Sequence record: ON286972.1
Strand: one strand, 5' to 3'
DNA: 64,000 nt
Shown here: positions 8,249 through 17,680 of the stretch, in pieces
Layout: each line of letters opens with the position of its first letter
How positions within the stretch are numbered: position 1 is the stretch's first letter
Program-made: the position numbers and the translations under genes
Notes under the pieces: generated by a model
Databases searched by the model: none
What the model was told of the DNA's origin: nothing
The model's input: only the letters and a program-made list of their open reading frames with translations

Positions 8249-8860
8249 ATGAAAACTATCACTACTACTACTTTCGTTATGGATTTTTCTGAATTGAACG
8301 CAGAACAAAAAACGTCAGCTATCGAACTGGTTCGGGAACGTGAAAAAAACTCAAACGACAATTATTTTTCTGAAAGTGAAATTGAATACTATAAAGAAAC
8401 AGTACTACCGGAATATGGCATTAATGACGCTGAAATACAATTCAGTGGTTTTTGGTCCCAGGGTGACGGTGCATCAATCAGTACTGACCACGTTGACGCA
8501 GTGAAGTTTTTACGCAAGGTAAGAGCATTAACTAAGTATCGCTCAATCCGTCACCTGCTGAATGAAGATGATTTGGCGATGAGTGTAAAGCGTTCGCACT
8601 CCCACTACTCGCATGAGAATACTGTAAGCGGGTACATTGAATCGGCTTACACTGATTTAACCGCAAAACAAGAAACGTTAGTTAATGAGCTTGAGGAACT
8701 ACTCACTGAAACTATTCGTGAATTATCCCGCAAGTTGTACCGTGATTTAGAGAATGCATATGAGGATCAATTCACTACTGAAAACATTACGGCACTGATT
8801 GAGGGTAACGAATATCAATTCAATGTTATTGATGGCGTAGTAGAATCAATCGAATATTAA
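8249..8860 (+). CDS. early conserved phage protein (FSGFWSQGDG motif), acidic
   Basis: Motif of a widespread phage family; function not assigned. Confidence 0.9.
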   Translation: MKTITTTTFVMDFSELNAEQKTSAIELVREREKNSNDNYFSESEIEYYKETVLPEYGINDAEIQFSGFWSQGDGASISTDHVDAVKFLRKVRALTKYRSIRHLLNEDDLAMSVKRSHSHYSHENTVSGYIESAYTDLTAKQETLVNELEELLTETIRELSRKLYRDLENAYEDQFTTENITALIEGNEYQFNVIDGVVESIEY

Positions 8861-8950
8861 TTTAAAAAGTACTTGCATTGTAGTTAGATTAACGTATAAT
8901 ACTTTACATCGAGGCGGGGAATGGTTCCCGCCTTTACTGAGGGTTATCTA

Positions 8951-9232
8951 ATGAGCAAAGTAATTAACTATACAGTGTTAAGCAAGTCATTGTCTATTAG
9001 CCAATGTACTGATGGTTATTGGCTTTATGATGAAACGCGTGGCATGAATTTAGCTATGCAGGAGAAAACTACTGATGCGGCATATCTTAAAGCACTGGAA
9101 TACTACCAGAAGCGTTTAAAGGAAGTAGAAAACGATTATAATAACCTGAAAGCGAAAGTAGATAATTTCGTTGGTCAATTCGTTGACGATGACGAGGGGC
9201 ACTACTGCGACCGTTGCGGATCTTACAGTTAA
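8951..9232 (+). CDS. early conserved phage protein (DGYWLYDETRGMNL)
   Basis: SD GAGGG; start adjusted from 8921. Confidence 0.85.
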   Translation: MSKVINYTVLSKSLSISQCTDGYWLYDETRGMNLAMQEKTTDAAYLKALEYYQKRLKEVENDYNNLKAKVDNFVGQFVDDDEGHYCDRCGSYS

Positions 9233-9249
9233 GTACTGAGGATTATCTA

Positions 9250-9453
9250 ATGAGTGATTTAATTGAACGTATCAAAGAGCTTGAAGAAAAAGAATTGCAG
9301 TTAATCGGCTTACAGAATAAAATCTATCATGATTTGGGGAGTTTTATCAATGCTTGGGATAGTGGCGATCCTGATGCGTTACCTGCTAACCGCCAGGCGA
9401 TGATCAATGATGTGCGTAGTGTCTTTGAGTATGTTTTAAAGCAATTAAATTAA
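9250..9453 (+). CDS. early hypothetical protein
   Basis: SD GAGG; start adjusted. Confidence 0.8.
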   Translation: MSDLIERIKELEEKELQLIGLQNKIYHDLGSFINAWDSGDPDALPANRQAMINDVRSVFEYVLKQLN

Positions 9454-9541
9454 AAAAAGTACTTGCAATTAGTTTTTAGTACTGTATAATGGTTTACATA
9501 GAGGGGGGGAAATGGTTCTCCCTGGTAATGAGGAAAATACA

Positions 9542-9763
9542 ATGGCTAATATCACTACTCTTTCCCAACTGGAAGCACTGGTTAAATCTATGCGGGAACA
9601 TGCCGACAATATCGGCGTAAAAGATCCAGCCGTTTGCTTCTGCGACGAATTGAATGATGATACCCTGGTAATAGCAGAAGTCCAGGACGTTTCTAACTAT
9701 TCCTCGCGTTACACTGGCGGTGTAGCAAATAAAGGTGACTTCTGTTTATACCTTACAAAATAA
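9542..9763 (+). CDS. early hypothetical protein
   Basis: SD GAGG after leader hairpin. Confidence 0.8.
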   Translation: MANITTLSQLEALVKSMREHADNIGVKDPAVCFCDELNDDTLVIAEVQDVSNYSSRYTGGVANKGDFCLYLTK

Positions 9764-9765
9764 CA

Positions 9766-9798
9766 ACGCGGGGAGATAATAACTCCCCGTTACTTTTT
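9766..9798 (+). terminator. intrinsic terminator
   Basis: GGGGAG/CTCCCC hairpin then T-run. Confidence 0.65.
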
Positions 9799-9817
9799 CA
9801 GTACTGAATCATTTAAT

Positions 9818-9898
9818 AGACGGATCTCGGCACCCGGTGGGTTAGTGACTGTTTCGTCTTGATGTAGTAATTATGCCAGTACTGGATGCACTTGTCAA
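9818..9898 (-). ncRNA. promoter + two-hairpin GGGUGC unit, antisense
   Basis: TTGACA-17-CATAAT on minus strand; GAC-GAAACA-GUC; CUAACCCACCGGGUGC. Confidence 0.55.
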
Positions 9899-10006
9899 CA
9901 ATTATTTTTCAAATACTTTTTATTAAAATACTTGCAATTAGTTTTTAAACGCGTATAATGTTTTGCATAGGGGGAGCGGTTCCCCTGGTAACTAAGGAAT
10001 AAGAAA

Positions 10007-10243
10007 ATGGTCGAACAAATCAAATCAACGTCTTCGAATGTAACGGGAACGGTAGCACACTTTACTAGTGATGAATCGCGGGGCGTTCCCTATTGTGCTG
10101 TACATGTAAACACTGAGGGTAACTACTGGTTTACGGTTTACGGATCATATTCATTTGGACGGCCAGGGCATCAAAAAATTCTGGATAAAGTACAGCCAAC
10201 GGGTAAAAATATCACTGCTGAAATGTTTTATAAAAAATCATAA
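10007..10243 (+). CDS. early hypothetical protein
   Basis: Own cassette, SD AAGGA. Confidence 0.8.
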   Translation: MVEQIKSTSSNVTGTVAHFTSDESRGVPYCAVHVNTEGNYWFTVYGSYSFGRPGHQKILDKVQPTGKNITAEMFYKKS

Positions 10244-10328
10244 AGTACTTGATAATAGTTTTTAGTACTGTATAATATTTTACATCGCAAGGGGGGAGCG
10301 GTTCCCCCTGGTAACTAAGGATAATCAA

Positions 10329-10628
10329 ATGAAAATTGCAATCATCGCCCTGGCTTTATCTGTTTCCTCTTTCGCTGTTAATGCGTCGTTAGATGTAAGT
10401 AGTGAAAAATTCATTCAGTGCACCGTAGCAATGACAGATGAAAGTACTGGCGAGATTGTTTTAAAGGATTTAGAGATCCAGCCAGAAGCATTTAAAAACG
10501 GGCCGTTCCATGAAGAAGACGAAAAAGGTAGCACGACAATTTATTACGATGCAAGTACTAAACGCGGTTCGGTCACTGTTATGGATACTGAGAAAGTAAC
10601 TCATACTGGCGTTATTAATTGCCGTTGA
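10329..10628 (+). CDS. early exported/periplasmic protein
   Basis: Sec signal peptide MKIAIIALALSVSSFAVNA; two Cys. Confidence 0.8.
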   Translation: MKIAIIALALSVSSFAVNASLDVSSEKFIQCTVAMTDESTGEIVLKDLEIQPEAFKNGPFHEEDEKGSTTIYYDASTKRGSVTVMDTEKVTHTGVINCR

Positions 10629-10649
10629 TAGATACTACGGGGTAACATC

Positions 10650-10880
10650 ATGACTAAGCGAATTGTTTTACTTAACGAAAGCAGTACTACACAACTACTT
10701 AACGCCGTGCATTATGATATTGAAACGAGCGTTAATCTTATCAGTACTGTAGTACTGTTGGACACTGGAAAGGTCGCCAATGATAAAGCGATTGCAGGTA
10801 TACTAACGGATCTTGAGCCTGGTAGCAGTGCACCAATAACGTTAAATGGTAAAGTGTTTAACATTTTACTTACTGATTAA
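10650..10880 (+). CDS. early hypothetical protein
   Basis: SD GGGG; followed by terminator. Confidence 0.75.
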   Translation: MTKRIVLLNESSTTQLLNAVHYDIETSVNLISTVVLLDTGKVANDKAIAGILTDLEPGSSAPITLNGKVFNILLTD

Positions 10881-10886
10881 GTACAT

Positions 10887-10909
10887 AGCCCACCTGGTGG
10901 GCTTTTTTG
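10887..10909 (+). terminator. intrinsic terminator
   Basis: AGCCCAC-ctg-GTGGGCT + TTTTT. Confidence 0.8.
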
Positions 10910-10995
10910 TTTTTGTAGTATCGTAGTACTGAGATACTTTGAAAATAGTTTTAAAAAAGTAGTTGACATTACCGCAGAAAAGCGTAGAATGTATT

Positions 10996-11069
10996 ACATC
11001 AAGACGGGGAGCACTAAGTAGACCGCCAGTAAGTCGAACGAAAAACTGGACACGTCGAGAAAACTTTGA
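10996..11069 (+). ncRNA. pseudoknotted RNA, copy 3 (leader of the H-NS-like gene)
   Basis: GAC/GUC stem, loop CCAG pairs with CUGG (compensatory versus copies 1 and 2). Confidence 0.6.
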
Positions 11070-11113
11070 TACACTAATAAACGTAAACTAAACTTTAATT
11101 GAGGATTTATAAA

Positions 11114-11596
11114 ATGGCTAATGTAAAATCATTCATCAAAGCACTGGTAGCAAATGAAACTAACGTAGCGGCAGAGATCCTGGCTGAACTGGATAACGAT
11201 ACCATGAAAGCGGTACGCAATAATTTTAACATCGCTTACAGTACTGCGAAAGAACTACAAGCAAATAAAGCGGCGGCACTTGAAGCTGAGAAGGCAGCAC
11301 GCGAAGCAGAATTGCAGAAAACGATTGAAGATATTAACGCCGCCGTCGCTGGGCTTGATCTGGAAGTAGTTACCGAAATGGCACGTAAAGCCCTGGCAGC
11401 GAAATACGGGGAAGACAAGCCAGAAGTAAAAGCTAAAAAATGGATTCAAGAACGTGTGACGGTTGTACTGGATAATGGCGAGGAATACACTGTACCAGTA
11501 CGCGGTAACTGCATTGCCGTAGTACTGGATGCTATCAAAGAAAGCGGTTTGACCCGTGAGGAATGGATCGAAGCTCATCGCAAAGTTGAAGCATAA
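11114..11596 (+). CDS. H-NS-like nucleoid protein
   Basis: Coiled-coil AAALEAEKAAREAELQ...AGLDLE and C-terminal DNGEEYT...GNCIAVVLDAIKESGLTREEWI align by eye to H-NS [33 protein letters not shown]. Confidence 0.6.
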   Translation: MANVKSFIKALVANETNVAAEILAELDNDTMKAVRNNFNIAYSTAKELQANKAAALEAEKAAREAELQKTIEDINAAVAGLDLEVVTEMARKALAAKYGEDKPEVKAKKWIQERVTVVLDNGEEYTVPVRGNCIAVVLDAIKESGLTREEWIEAHRKVEA

Positions 11597-11617
11597 CAAT
11601 TAAAGTACTGAATCACT

Positions 11618-11645
11618 AGCCCACCTTAAACAGTGGGCTTTTTTG
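11618..11645 (+). terminator. intrinsic terminator
   Basis: AGCCCAC...GTGGGCT + T-run. Confidence 0.8.
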
Positions 11646-11871
11646 TGTCTATAGTATTCCAGTCCACTAGCACCGCCTAGAATCGATTCTAACGCATTAA
11701 ACTGATTATCTGATGTATCGCCCTAGCTGGTGGCGTTAAGGTCGTTAGAACGCGATTGAGGGCGATTAAAGTATTTTATAAAAACTAATAAAAAGTACTT
11801 GCACGATTAAGAGATTAGCGTATAATTAATTACATCAAGGCGAGACACCTTAACTAACTGAGGATATAAAG

Positions 11872-12024
11872 ATGAATACTTATGAACTGGATTGTTTCAC
11901 TTTACAAGTAATGTCAGTATGCAGCAAGAAAGATTGGTCATCAAAGGAATTTAAAGCAGTTATCGCGTGTGCAAAACACGGCAAGACTATCAATGAAACG
12001 GCATCAATCATTGATAAACTTTAA
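11872..12024 (+). CDS. early small protein (50 aa)
   Basis: Own promoter, SD GAGG; translated by hand. Confidence 0.7.
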   Translation: MNTYELDCFTLQVMSVCSKKDWSSKEFKAVIACAKHGKTINETASIIDKL

Positions 12025-12094
12025 AAAATAGTTTGACAATAGTTTTAAGTACTGACATAATACATACATCAACTACTGAATAGGAATCAAAACA

Positions 12095-12322
12095 ATGGCT
12101 ATCGTAATCACTCGCGTAACTGGTACTACTGGCACTGCTTCAACTGTTGCTGTAATTACTAATAAGAAAGGTGCGGAATTACATTTTGCAATGAATACCT
12201 GGGCGGTGAATGAGTTCGGTCAGTGGGCAAGTGTAGAATACATTGAAACCTATCAAGTGCCATCGATTAGCTTAACTGATTTAGGTGTAGAACGTATCCT
12301 TTGCCTGGATGAATTAAATTAA
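12095..12322 (+). CDS. early hypothetical protein
   Basis: Own promoter, SD AGGA. Confidence 0.8.
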   Translation: MAIVITRVTGTTGTASTVAVITNKKGAELHFAMNTWAVNEFGQWASVEYIETYQVPSISLTDLGVERILCLDELN

Positions 12323-12408
12323 AAAAGTACTTGCAAAGTAAATCGGATAAAGTATAATACATTACATCAAGGGGAGAAATGATTCTCCCCACTAAGAGGA
12401 AACTAAAA

Positions 12409-12552
12409 ATGAAAACTTGTCAATGTGGTAAAAAATCTATTACTGGTTTAAAGCGGGGCGTTGCTCTTTGCCAGTATCATTATAATGCTCAAGTATGGGG
12501 TAAAGAGTGGGCCGACCAGGTTGAAGCATCAAAGAAAGCAAAAAGTAAGTAA
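12409..12552 (+). CDS. early small Zn-finger-like protein (47 aa)
   Basis: MKTCQCGKK...LCQYH; SD GAGG. Confidence 0.7.
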   Translation: MKTCQCGKKSITGLKRGVALCQYHYNAQVWGKEWADQVEASKKAKSK

Positions 12553-12633
12553 AAATATTATCACAGTACTATTGACATAGTTTGATAGTACTGGCATAAT
12601 AGATTTTATCAAGACAACTAAGAGGAAACAAAA

Positions 12634-12846
12634 ATGGCTATCATTACTAAAATCAAAGTAAACAAAACACTGGTTAAGCTGGAACAAGTGAAAGCAGGTT
12701 ATAAAGTATCTTGGTGCGGTATGTATCGGACGTTCGCAGAGGTTGACGATGCAATCAAGTACTACACTGATACGGTTGCTAACTTTGTTCGTGCTGATGT
12801 AGTAATGGCAGTGGCAACACATAAAGCAGCGAAAGAAAGTAAGTAA
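12634..12846 (+). CDS. early hypothetical protein, paralog of 16221
   Basis: Own promoter, SD GAGG. Confidence 0.8.
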   Translation: MAIITKIKVNKTLVKLEQVKAGYKVSWCGMYRTFAEVDDAIKYYTDTVANFVRADVVMAVATHKAAKESK

Positions 12847-12937
12847 AATTATTATCACAGTACTATTGACATAGATTGATAGTACTGGCATAATAGATTT
12901 TATCAAAACAACACATATTAATTTAAGGAATACTAAA

Positions 12938-13282
12938 ATGGCTAACATCAACACTATCGCATCACAAAATATCAACCTGTCTTCTGTTGAAGTTGTACAT
13001 ATTGCCGCTCGGCGTTGGTTCCAGGCTTCATATGGTAACACTTATTTCTCTTTAAGTGTAGACGTTGAAATTGATGGTAATTTTATTGAAGTAGTAAACG
13101 TGCCGTTCCAATATGGATACGGGGATCACTTTGACACTGTAGCAATGGAAGAATTTAGCAAGGTTATTAATATGGAAGGTAAAGAGTTTTTACGCGGTTC
13201 TTATCTTTCCCGTTTTTGCCGTGACAATAATATCACTGTTTACAGTTCGGTAACTGATGTTAAACGCAAAAAAGATCTTTAA
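12938..13282 (+). CDS. early conserved phage protein (RW...GNTY...YGYG), paralog of 18785
   Basis: Shared motifs and DVKRKKD C-terminus. Confidence 0.85.
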   Translation: MANINTIASQNINLSSVEVVHIAARRWFQASYGNTYFSLSVDVEIDGNFIEVVNVPFQYGYGDHFDTVAMEEFSKVINMEGKEFLRGSYLSRFCRDNNITVYSSVTDVKRKKDL

Positions 13283-13362
13283 TTAGCTTTACTTTATGCA
13301 GATACTTTGATATAGTGTCTGCATAGGGGAAAGAAATTAAATTAACTTAAGAGGATAGTATA

Positions 13363-13632
13363 ATGAAAAATATCAGTACTTTAATCGATGCAGGTACGCA
13401 TGTTCGTCGGTCTATGGTTGCAACCAGCACTACAAAACAAGTAGCAAGCGGTTATCTTGTATTTGTACACGATGGAAAACTCCTGGAACGTTCAATCAAT
13501 TTTGATGTTAAGAACAATTGTCGTTTTATTATCTTTAAGCGTGAGCAATATAAAATTGATTTACCAGCGAAGCCCATTAGCGGGGCGTACAACGTGCAAT
13601 CATTGTTTGAGCGTCAACCATACACCTATTAA
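13363..13632 (+). CDS. early hypothetical protein
   Basis: SD GAGG. Confidence 0.75.
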   Translation: MKNISTLIDAGTHVRRSMVATSTTKQVASGYLVFVHDGKLLERSINFDVKNNCRFIIFKREQYKIDLPAKPISGAYNVQSLFERQPYTY

Positions 13633-13683
13633 TCAAAACAACGTTAGCGGTTGATTTGGGCCGCTAATTTTGAGGATAATACT

Positions 13684-13854
13684 ATGAATGTTAATCAAGT
13701 ACTAAATGAAGTTGAAAGCATCATTAAACCAATGAAACGTATTGATGCTATTCCTACGCCGGAAGAATGCAGACTATACGAACAATACAGCGTAGAACAA
13801 GCCCAGGCGATGGCCCGTATCCGTCCGGTTGCTAGTACTGATAAGGCGGCGTAA
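13684..13854 (+). CDS. early hypothetical protein
   Basis: SD GAGG; start adjusted. Confidence 0.7.
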   Translation: MNVNQVLNEVESIIKPMKRIDAIPTPEECRLYEQYSVEQAQAMARIRPVASTDKAA

Positions 13855-13897
13855 TATTCTTACTGTACAGGATAAGATCGACATCTTAAAGGTTAAT

Positions 13898-14065
13898 ATG
13901 TATGTGATTGATGCCGTACCTGGTAAAGTATTTGCATACGATGATTCTAATCGCAGTCCTTTCTATTGTAGTCATGTAGTTGGATACGTGCCGTTAGCGT
14001 ATGTTATTGAAAGAGTGGTTGATGCAGCATACAATCATTTTTTAGAAAATAATACTTGCAATTAG
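13898..14065 (+). CDS. early hypothetical protein
   Basis: SD AAGG; start adjusted from 13829. Confidence 0.6.
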   Translation: MYVIDAVPGKVFAYDDSNRSPFYCSHVVGYVPLAYVIERVVDAAYNHFLENNTCN

Positions 14066-14137
14066 TTTTTAGTACTGTATAATGTTTTACATCGAGGGGG
14101 GGGGAAATGGTTCTCCCCACTAATTAAGGAATATGAA

Positions 14138-14284
14138 ATGAAAGCATCAAAAAAGAGTAATACTAAGAAAGCATGTTCACCTTTCGCTGGGGTATTCCCT
14201 TTACGTTTCGTTGATGAAGTGGTTTCCTACCCGCCGGGCCTTACTCCTGAGATGGTAGAAAGTTTGCGTAAATCTAAAAAATAG
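14138..14284 (+). CDS. early small protein (48 aa)
   Basis: Own cassette, SD AAGGA; translated by hand. Confidence 0.65.
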   Translation: MKASKKSNTKKACSPFAGVFPLRFVDEVVSYPPGLTPEMVESLRKSKK

Positions 14285-14369
14285 TACTTGCAATTAGTTT
14301 TTAGTACTGTATAATGTTTTACATCGAGTGCGGGAACTATTCCCGCCTAACTCAAAGAGAGAAAATATA

Positions 14370-14612
14370 ATGGAAACCATTTTAATCAAAGACACTGCTA
14401 CTACTGTAACTTATGATAATGATTGTATTATCCCTGGCACTGATTACGGCGAACGTGTACCCGTTCAAGTCGAGATTGATACTACATACATTGACCAGGC
14501 TGAAAAGTGTATCACTATTGTTATTGGTGAATATCGTTTTCTACCAGAAGAGATCCAAAAATGGCAGTATATGATTGACCGTGCGAAATTAGTCGCACAA
14601 AGTTTAAAATAA
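14370..14612 (+). CDS. early hypothetical protein
   Basis: Own cassette; start adjusted. Confidence 0.8.
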   Translation: METILIKDTATTVTYDNDCIIPGTDYGERVPVQVEIDTTYIDQAEKCITIVIGEYRFLPEEIQKWQYMIDRAKLVAQSLK

Positions 14613-14693
14613 TACTTGCAATTAGTTTTCAGTACTGTATAATGTTTTACATAGAGGGGGGAAATGGTTCTCCCCGATACTAGGAGAATCAAA

Positions 14694-14846
14694 ATGAAAC
14701 AATATAATGCTCGGTTTGATGTTACTATCGGCAACGGCAAAGGTCAATTTTCTTTCAGTACTCGCCGCAGTTATACAGAAAACTTCCTGCGTAATTGTGC
14801 ATTGACCGCCGCACAAATTAAACATTACTTCCAGGCTAAAAAATGA
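14694..14846 (+). CDS. early small protein
   Basis: SD AGGAG; start adjusted. Confidence 0.7.
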   Translation: MKQYNARFDVTIGNGKGQFSFSTRRSYTENFLRNCALTAAQIKHYFQAKK

Positions 14847-14932
14847 AATCATTGGCTTATTACAGTTCGGCGGTGATCGGTGCATTGATCGCGGCATTGT
14901 TAGTAACCTATCTATTCTTTATGGTGATTTAA

Positions 14933-15070
14933 ATGAATCCTAACGGTTTAATTTACAGTACTCCTAAAACGAAAGCAGATAAAGCGAAAGCACGTAAAGC
15001 GAAAGTAAAGGAGTACATCAAGCAAGGCATGACGCGAAAAGCAGCAGTACTAAAAGCTAAAAATAAATGA
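14933..15070 (+). CDS. early small basic protein (45 aa)
   Basis: SD GGTG; Lys/Ala-rich; translated by hand. Confidence 0.65.
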   Translation: MNPNGLIYSTPKTKADKAKARKAKVKEYIKQGMTRKAAVLKAKNK

Positions 15071-15075
15071 AAAAA

Positions 15076-15155
15076 GTGGTTGACTTCGGTCAGCCATTTT
15101 GCTATTATATATTCATTGAGAGATAGCTCACTAGCCCACAGGGTGCGGAAGTGTA
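15076..15155 (+). ncRNA. hairpin-embedded promoter + two-hairpin GGGUGC unit
   Basis: GTGGTTGAC-TTCG-GTCAGCCAT; TATTAT; GAG/CUC hairpin; CUAGCCCACAGGGUGC. Confidence 0.55.
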
Positions 15156-15189
15156 AATAAAATATATCAATCTAATAAGGAGTACTACA

Positions 15190-15372
15190 ATGTTTAAACC
15201 AATCGAACTAGCGGCATCACATATCATCGGTAAACCTGCCGTTATCATACGCCAGGAAGACGTAAACCTATGGATCATCTATCTAGACATGAAAGAGATT
15301 GAGCGTCACGATGATTTCAAATCAGCGTCAATTGCGTATGATATGGCGTTATGTGAGTATCAAAGAGATTAA
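15190..15372 (+). CDS. early hypothetical protein
   Basis: SD AAGGAG. Confidence 0.8.
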   Translation: MFKPIELAASHIIGKPAVIIRQEDVNLWIIYLDMKEIERHDDFKSASIAYDMALCEYQRD

Positions 15373-15472
15373 AAGTATTTTGCAAAAAGTACTTGCATTG
15401 TACTTAGAATCAAGTATAATGTTTTACATAGCAAGGGGAAACGGTTTCCCCTGGTAACTAAGGAAACATATC

Positions 15473-15814
15473 ATGACTATTGCAATTGCTCAATCTAACT
15501 TTGAAAACGAATTCATCGCTCAGGCACTGCGTTTAAATGATGGTCGGGCCGAAATCAATTACGGTTTCAATTCAGGCGGTTGTGAAAACTATCAGTACTT
15601 TATAACTGCTGATGGCGGTGTCCTGGGTATCAATACAGTTATTGTAAACATTCAGAAAATTAATTTCAATGATCCAGACGATAGCCAGTTTTACATTGTA
15701 GGCGTTGACGTGAACTATGAGGATGACTCACTAACTGATGATTGCACTGGAGAGAAGTTAGAAAGTGCATACGGTGAAGATGATTATCAGTCCGGTCCAG
15801 AAGATTTCGAATAA
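15473..15814 (+). CDS. early conserved acidic phage protein (YFITADGG...ESAYGE)
   Basis: Own cassette; motif of a widespread phage family. Confidence 0.85.
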   Translation: MTIAIAQSNFENEFIAQALRLNDGRAEINYGFNSGGCENYQYFITADGGVLGINTVIVNIQKINFNDPDDSQFYIVGVDVNYEDDSLTDDCTGEKLESAYGEDDYQSGPEDFE

Positions 15815-15916
15815 TATTAAAAAATAGTTTGACAATAGATTATAGTACTGTATAATAGTTTACATCAAGGCACGGGAAGTACCAGTACTTCCCTACTAAC
15901 AAAGAGAGAAAACAAA

Positions 15917-16129
15917 ATGGCTAATATCCGCACTGTACTGAAAAATGCAAAACAAGTTTTATTTTCTGATCATGAAAATTTCAACAAGGATATCACAGGC
16001 GTTCGGAATATCAAAGATGTAAAAAATGTTATGGGTATCTATTGCAATATGAAACGTGTTGGTACTTTCGGCGACAAGGTACTATACCAGGCAGGGGATT
16101 ACAATTTTACACTGACTATCATTAACTAA
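15917..16129 (+). CDS. early hypothetical protein
   Basis: Own cassette. Confidence 0.8.
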   Translation: MANIRTVLKNAKQVLFSDHENFNKDITGVRNIKDVKNVMGIYCNMKRVGTFGDKVLYQAGDYNFTLTIIN

Positions 16130-16220
16130 AAATATTATCACAGTACTATTGACAAAGATTGATAGTACTGACATAATAACTTTTATCAAGACAACGCATA
16201 TTAACTTAAGGAATACTAAA

Positions 16221-16400
16221 ATGGCTATTATCGCAAAAACTGAAATCATCGGTCTGGATTCTATCATCATGACGTTTGAAGAACAAAAAGGTATGTATGT
16301 AGTTTCCTATGGTGATTATGTTCGGGAGTATGAAACGGTAGACGAAGCCTTTGAAAGTTACATTCGCCAGGTGAATAAAGCATACGACGACTACCGCTAA
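16221..16400 (+). CDS. early hypothetical protein, paralog of 12634
   Basis: SD AAGGA; start adjusted. Confidence 0.8.
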   Translation: MAIIAKTEIIGLDSIIMTFEEQKGMYVVSYGDYVREYETVDEAFESYIRQVNKAYDDYR

Positions 16401-16499
16401 AATATATTACCAGTACTATTAAAGATATTGACAACGTTTGATAGTACTGTATAATAAGTTTTATAAACAGTAGTTAACTTAACCTAAGAGAGAAACAAA

Positions 16500-16643
16500 A
16501 TGATCGCACTGGATTCATTCATCGACGCAGTACTGGCAAAAACTGGCGAAGATCTGACCGCAGAACAATACGCAATGATCGAACAATGCCAGCAAGACGG
16601 TAAATCGGTGAAAGATACTGTTAAGATTATCCGCAAGATGTAA
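16500..16643 (+). CDS. early small protein (47 aa)
   Basis: Own promoter; followed by terminator. Confidence 0.7.
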   Translation: MIALDSFIDAVLAKTGEDLTAEQYAMIEQCQQDGKSVKDTVKIIRKM

Positions 16644-16649
16644 GATTAT

Positions 16650-16679
16650 AGCCCACTGGTTAACGCTGGTGGGCTTTTT
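16650..16679 (+). terminator. intrinsic terminator
   Basis: AGCCCAC...GTGGGCT + TTTT. Confidence 0.75.
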
Positions 16680-16840
16680 AGTATATACCTATCCGATAGT
16701 ACTACAAAATAGATTAGCTCGTTAGAATGCGATTGAGAGCGTTTAAATAAGTACTAAAAAGTATTGACAGTACTGAAAGATAGTGTATAATGTTTTATAT
16801 CAAGGGGAGGATAACCCTTCCCAGTACTGAGGAAAACAAA

Positions 16841-17029
16841 ATGGAACAATTATCAAGTATTTTAGTACAAGATGAATACGGCAATCCAGGAAGTGCTATC
16901 ATTGTTCGGGGTAATAAGGCAACATTTGTTATTGCTGGTGGACCTGTACAGCGTAGCATTAAAAACAATGCCGTTACTATTAATAATGTACGCTATCGTT
17001 TAGATAAAGAATTAATTCATAAACTTTAA
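16841..17029 (+). CDS. early hypothetical protein
   Basis: SD GAGG; start adjusted. Confidence 0.8.
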   Translation: MEQLSSILVQDEYGNPGSAIIVRGNKATFVIAGGPVQRSIKNNAVTINNVRYRLDKELIHKL

Positions 17030-17115
17030 AAAAGTACTGGACAATAGATTATAGTACTGTATAATAGTTTACATGAAGGGGAGAAATGATTCTCCCCAGT
17101 ACTGAGGAAAGAAAA

Positions 17116-17328
17116 ATGCAAGGTCAACTAATCGTTCGTAAATGGTCTGATACTAACGAAAAACCGTGGGATGTACAATACATCGCCCCCAATGGTGAAT
17201 CCAGATATCAACCTGGCGTAACGCATAGTACTGAGCAATTCGCCGCTGCTCACCGTGAACGCCTGTTACAATCCATGCAGCAAGGCTTCGGTGAAAAATT
17301 CATCCAAGATCATTGGCTGAAAGATTAA
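17116..17328 (+). CDS. early hypothetical protein
   Basis: SD GAGG; start adjusted. Confidence 0.8.
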   Translation: MQGQLIVRKWSDTNEKPWDVQYIAPNGESRYQPGVTHSTEQFAAAHRERLLQSMQQGFGEKFIQDHWLKD

Positions 17329-17415
17329 AAAAGTATTTGACAAAGTATCACAGTACTGTATAATTAATTACATCAAGGGGAGAAGTTTTCTCCCCACCAT
17401 ATAAGGGTAACAGTT

Positions 17416-17505
17416 ATGCACATGAATCCGTTCATAGTAGTAATTGCAATCATTATGGCAGTACAGGCCGTATTAGTTTACTTAAGCAAAGCAGGAGTTA
17501 TCTAA
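17416..17505 (+). CDS. early single-TM peptide (29 aa)
   Basis: MHMNPFIVVIAIIMAVQAVLVYLSKAGVI after own cassette. Confidence 0.55.
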   Translation: MHMNPFIVVIAIIMAVQAVLVYLSKAGVI

Positions 17506-17506
17506 A

Positions 17507-17680
17507 ATGATCCATGTAGAATTGTCAGTACTGAAAGATCTGTTTTATCGGATGGGTACTACTGGCGAATATCCGAAGGGTGATACCGCAAAACTTTTTG
17601 TATCACTCGACTTATGGCAACGCGAACAATTAGTAACGTCCTGGCGTAAAGGTAAAGCCGACAAGGGGGTCGTAGCATGA
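17507..17680 (+). CDS. early small protein (57 aa)
   Basis: SD AGGAG; translated by hand. Confidence 0.65.
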   Translation: MIHVELSVLKDLFYRMGTTGEYPKGDTAKLFVSLDLWQREQLVTSWRKGKADKGVVA

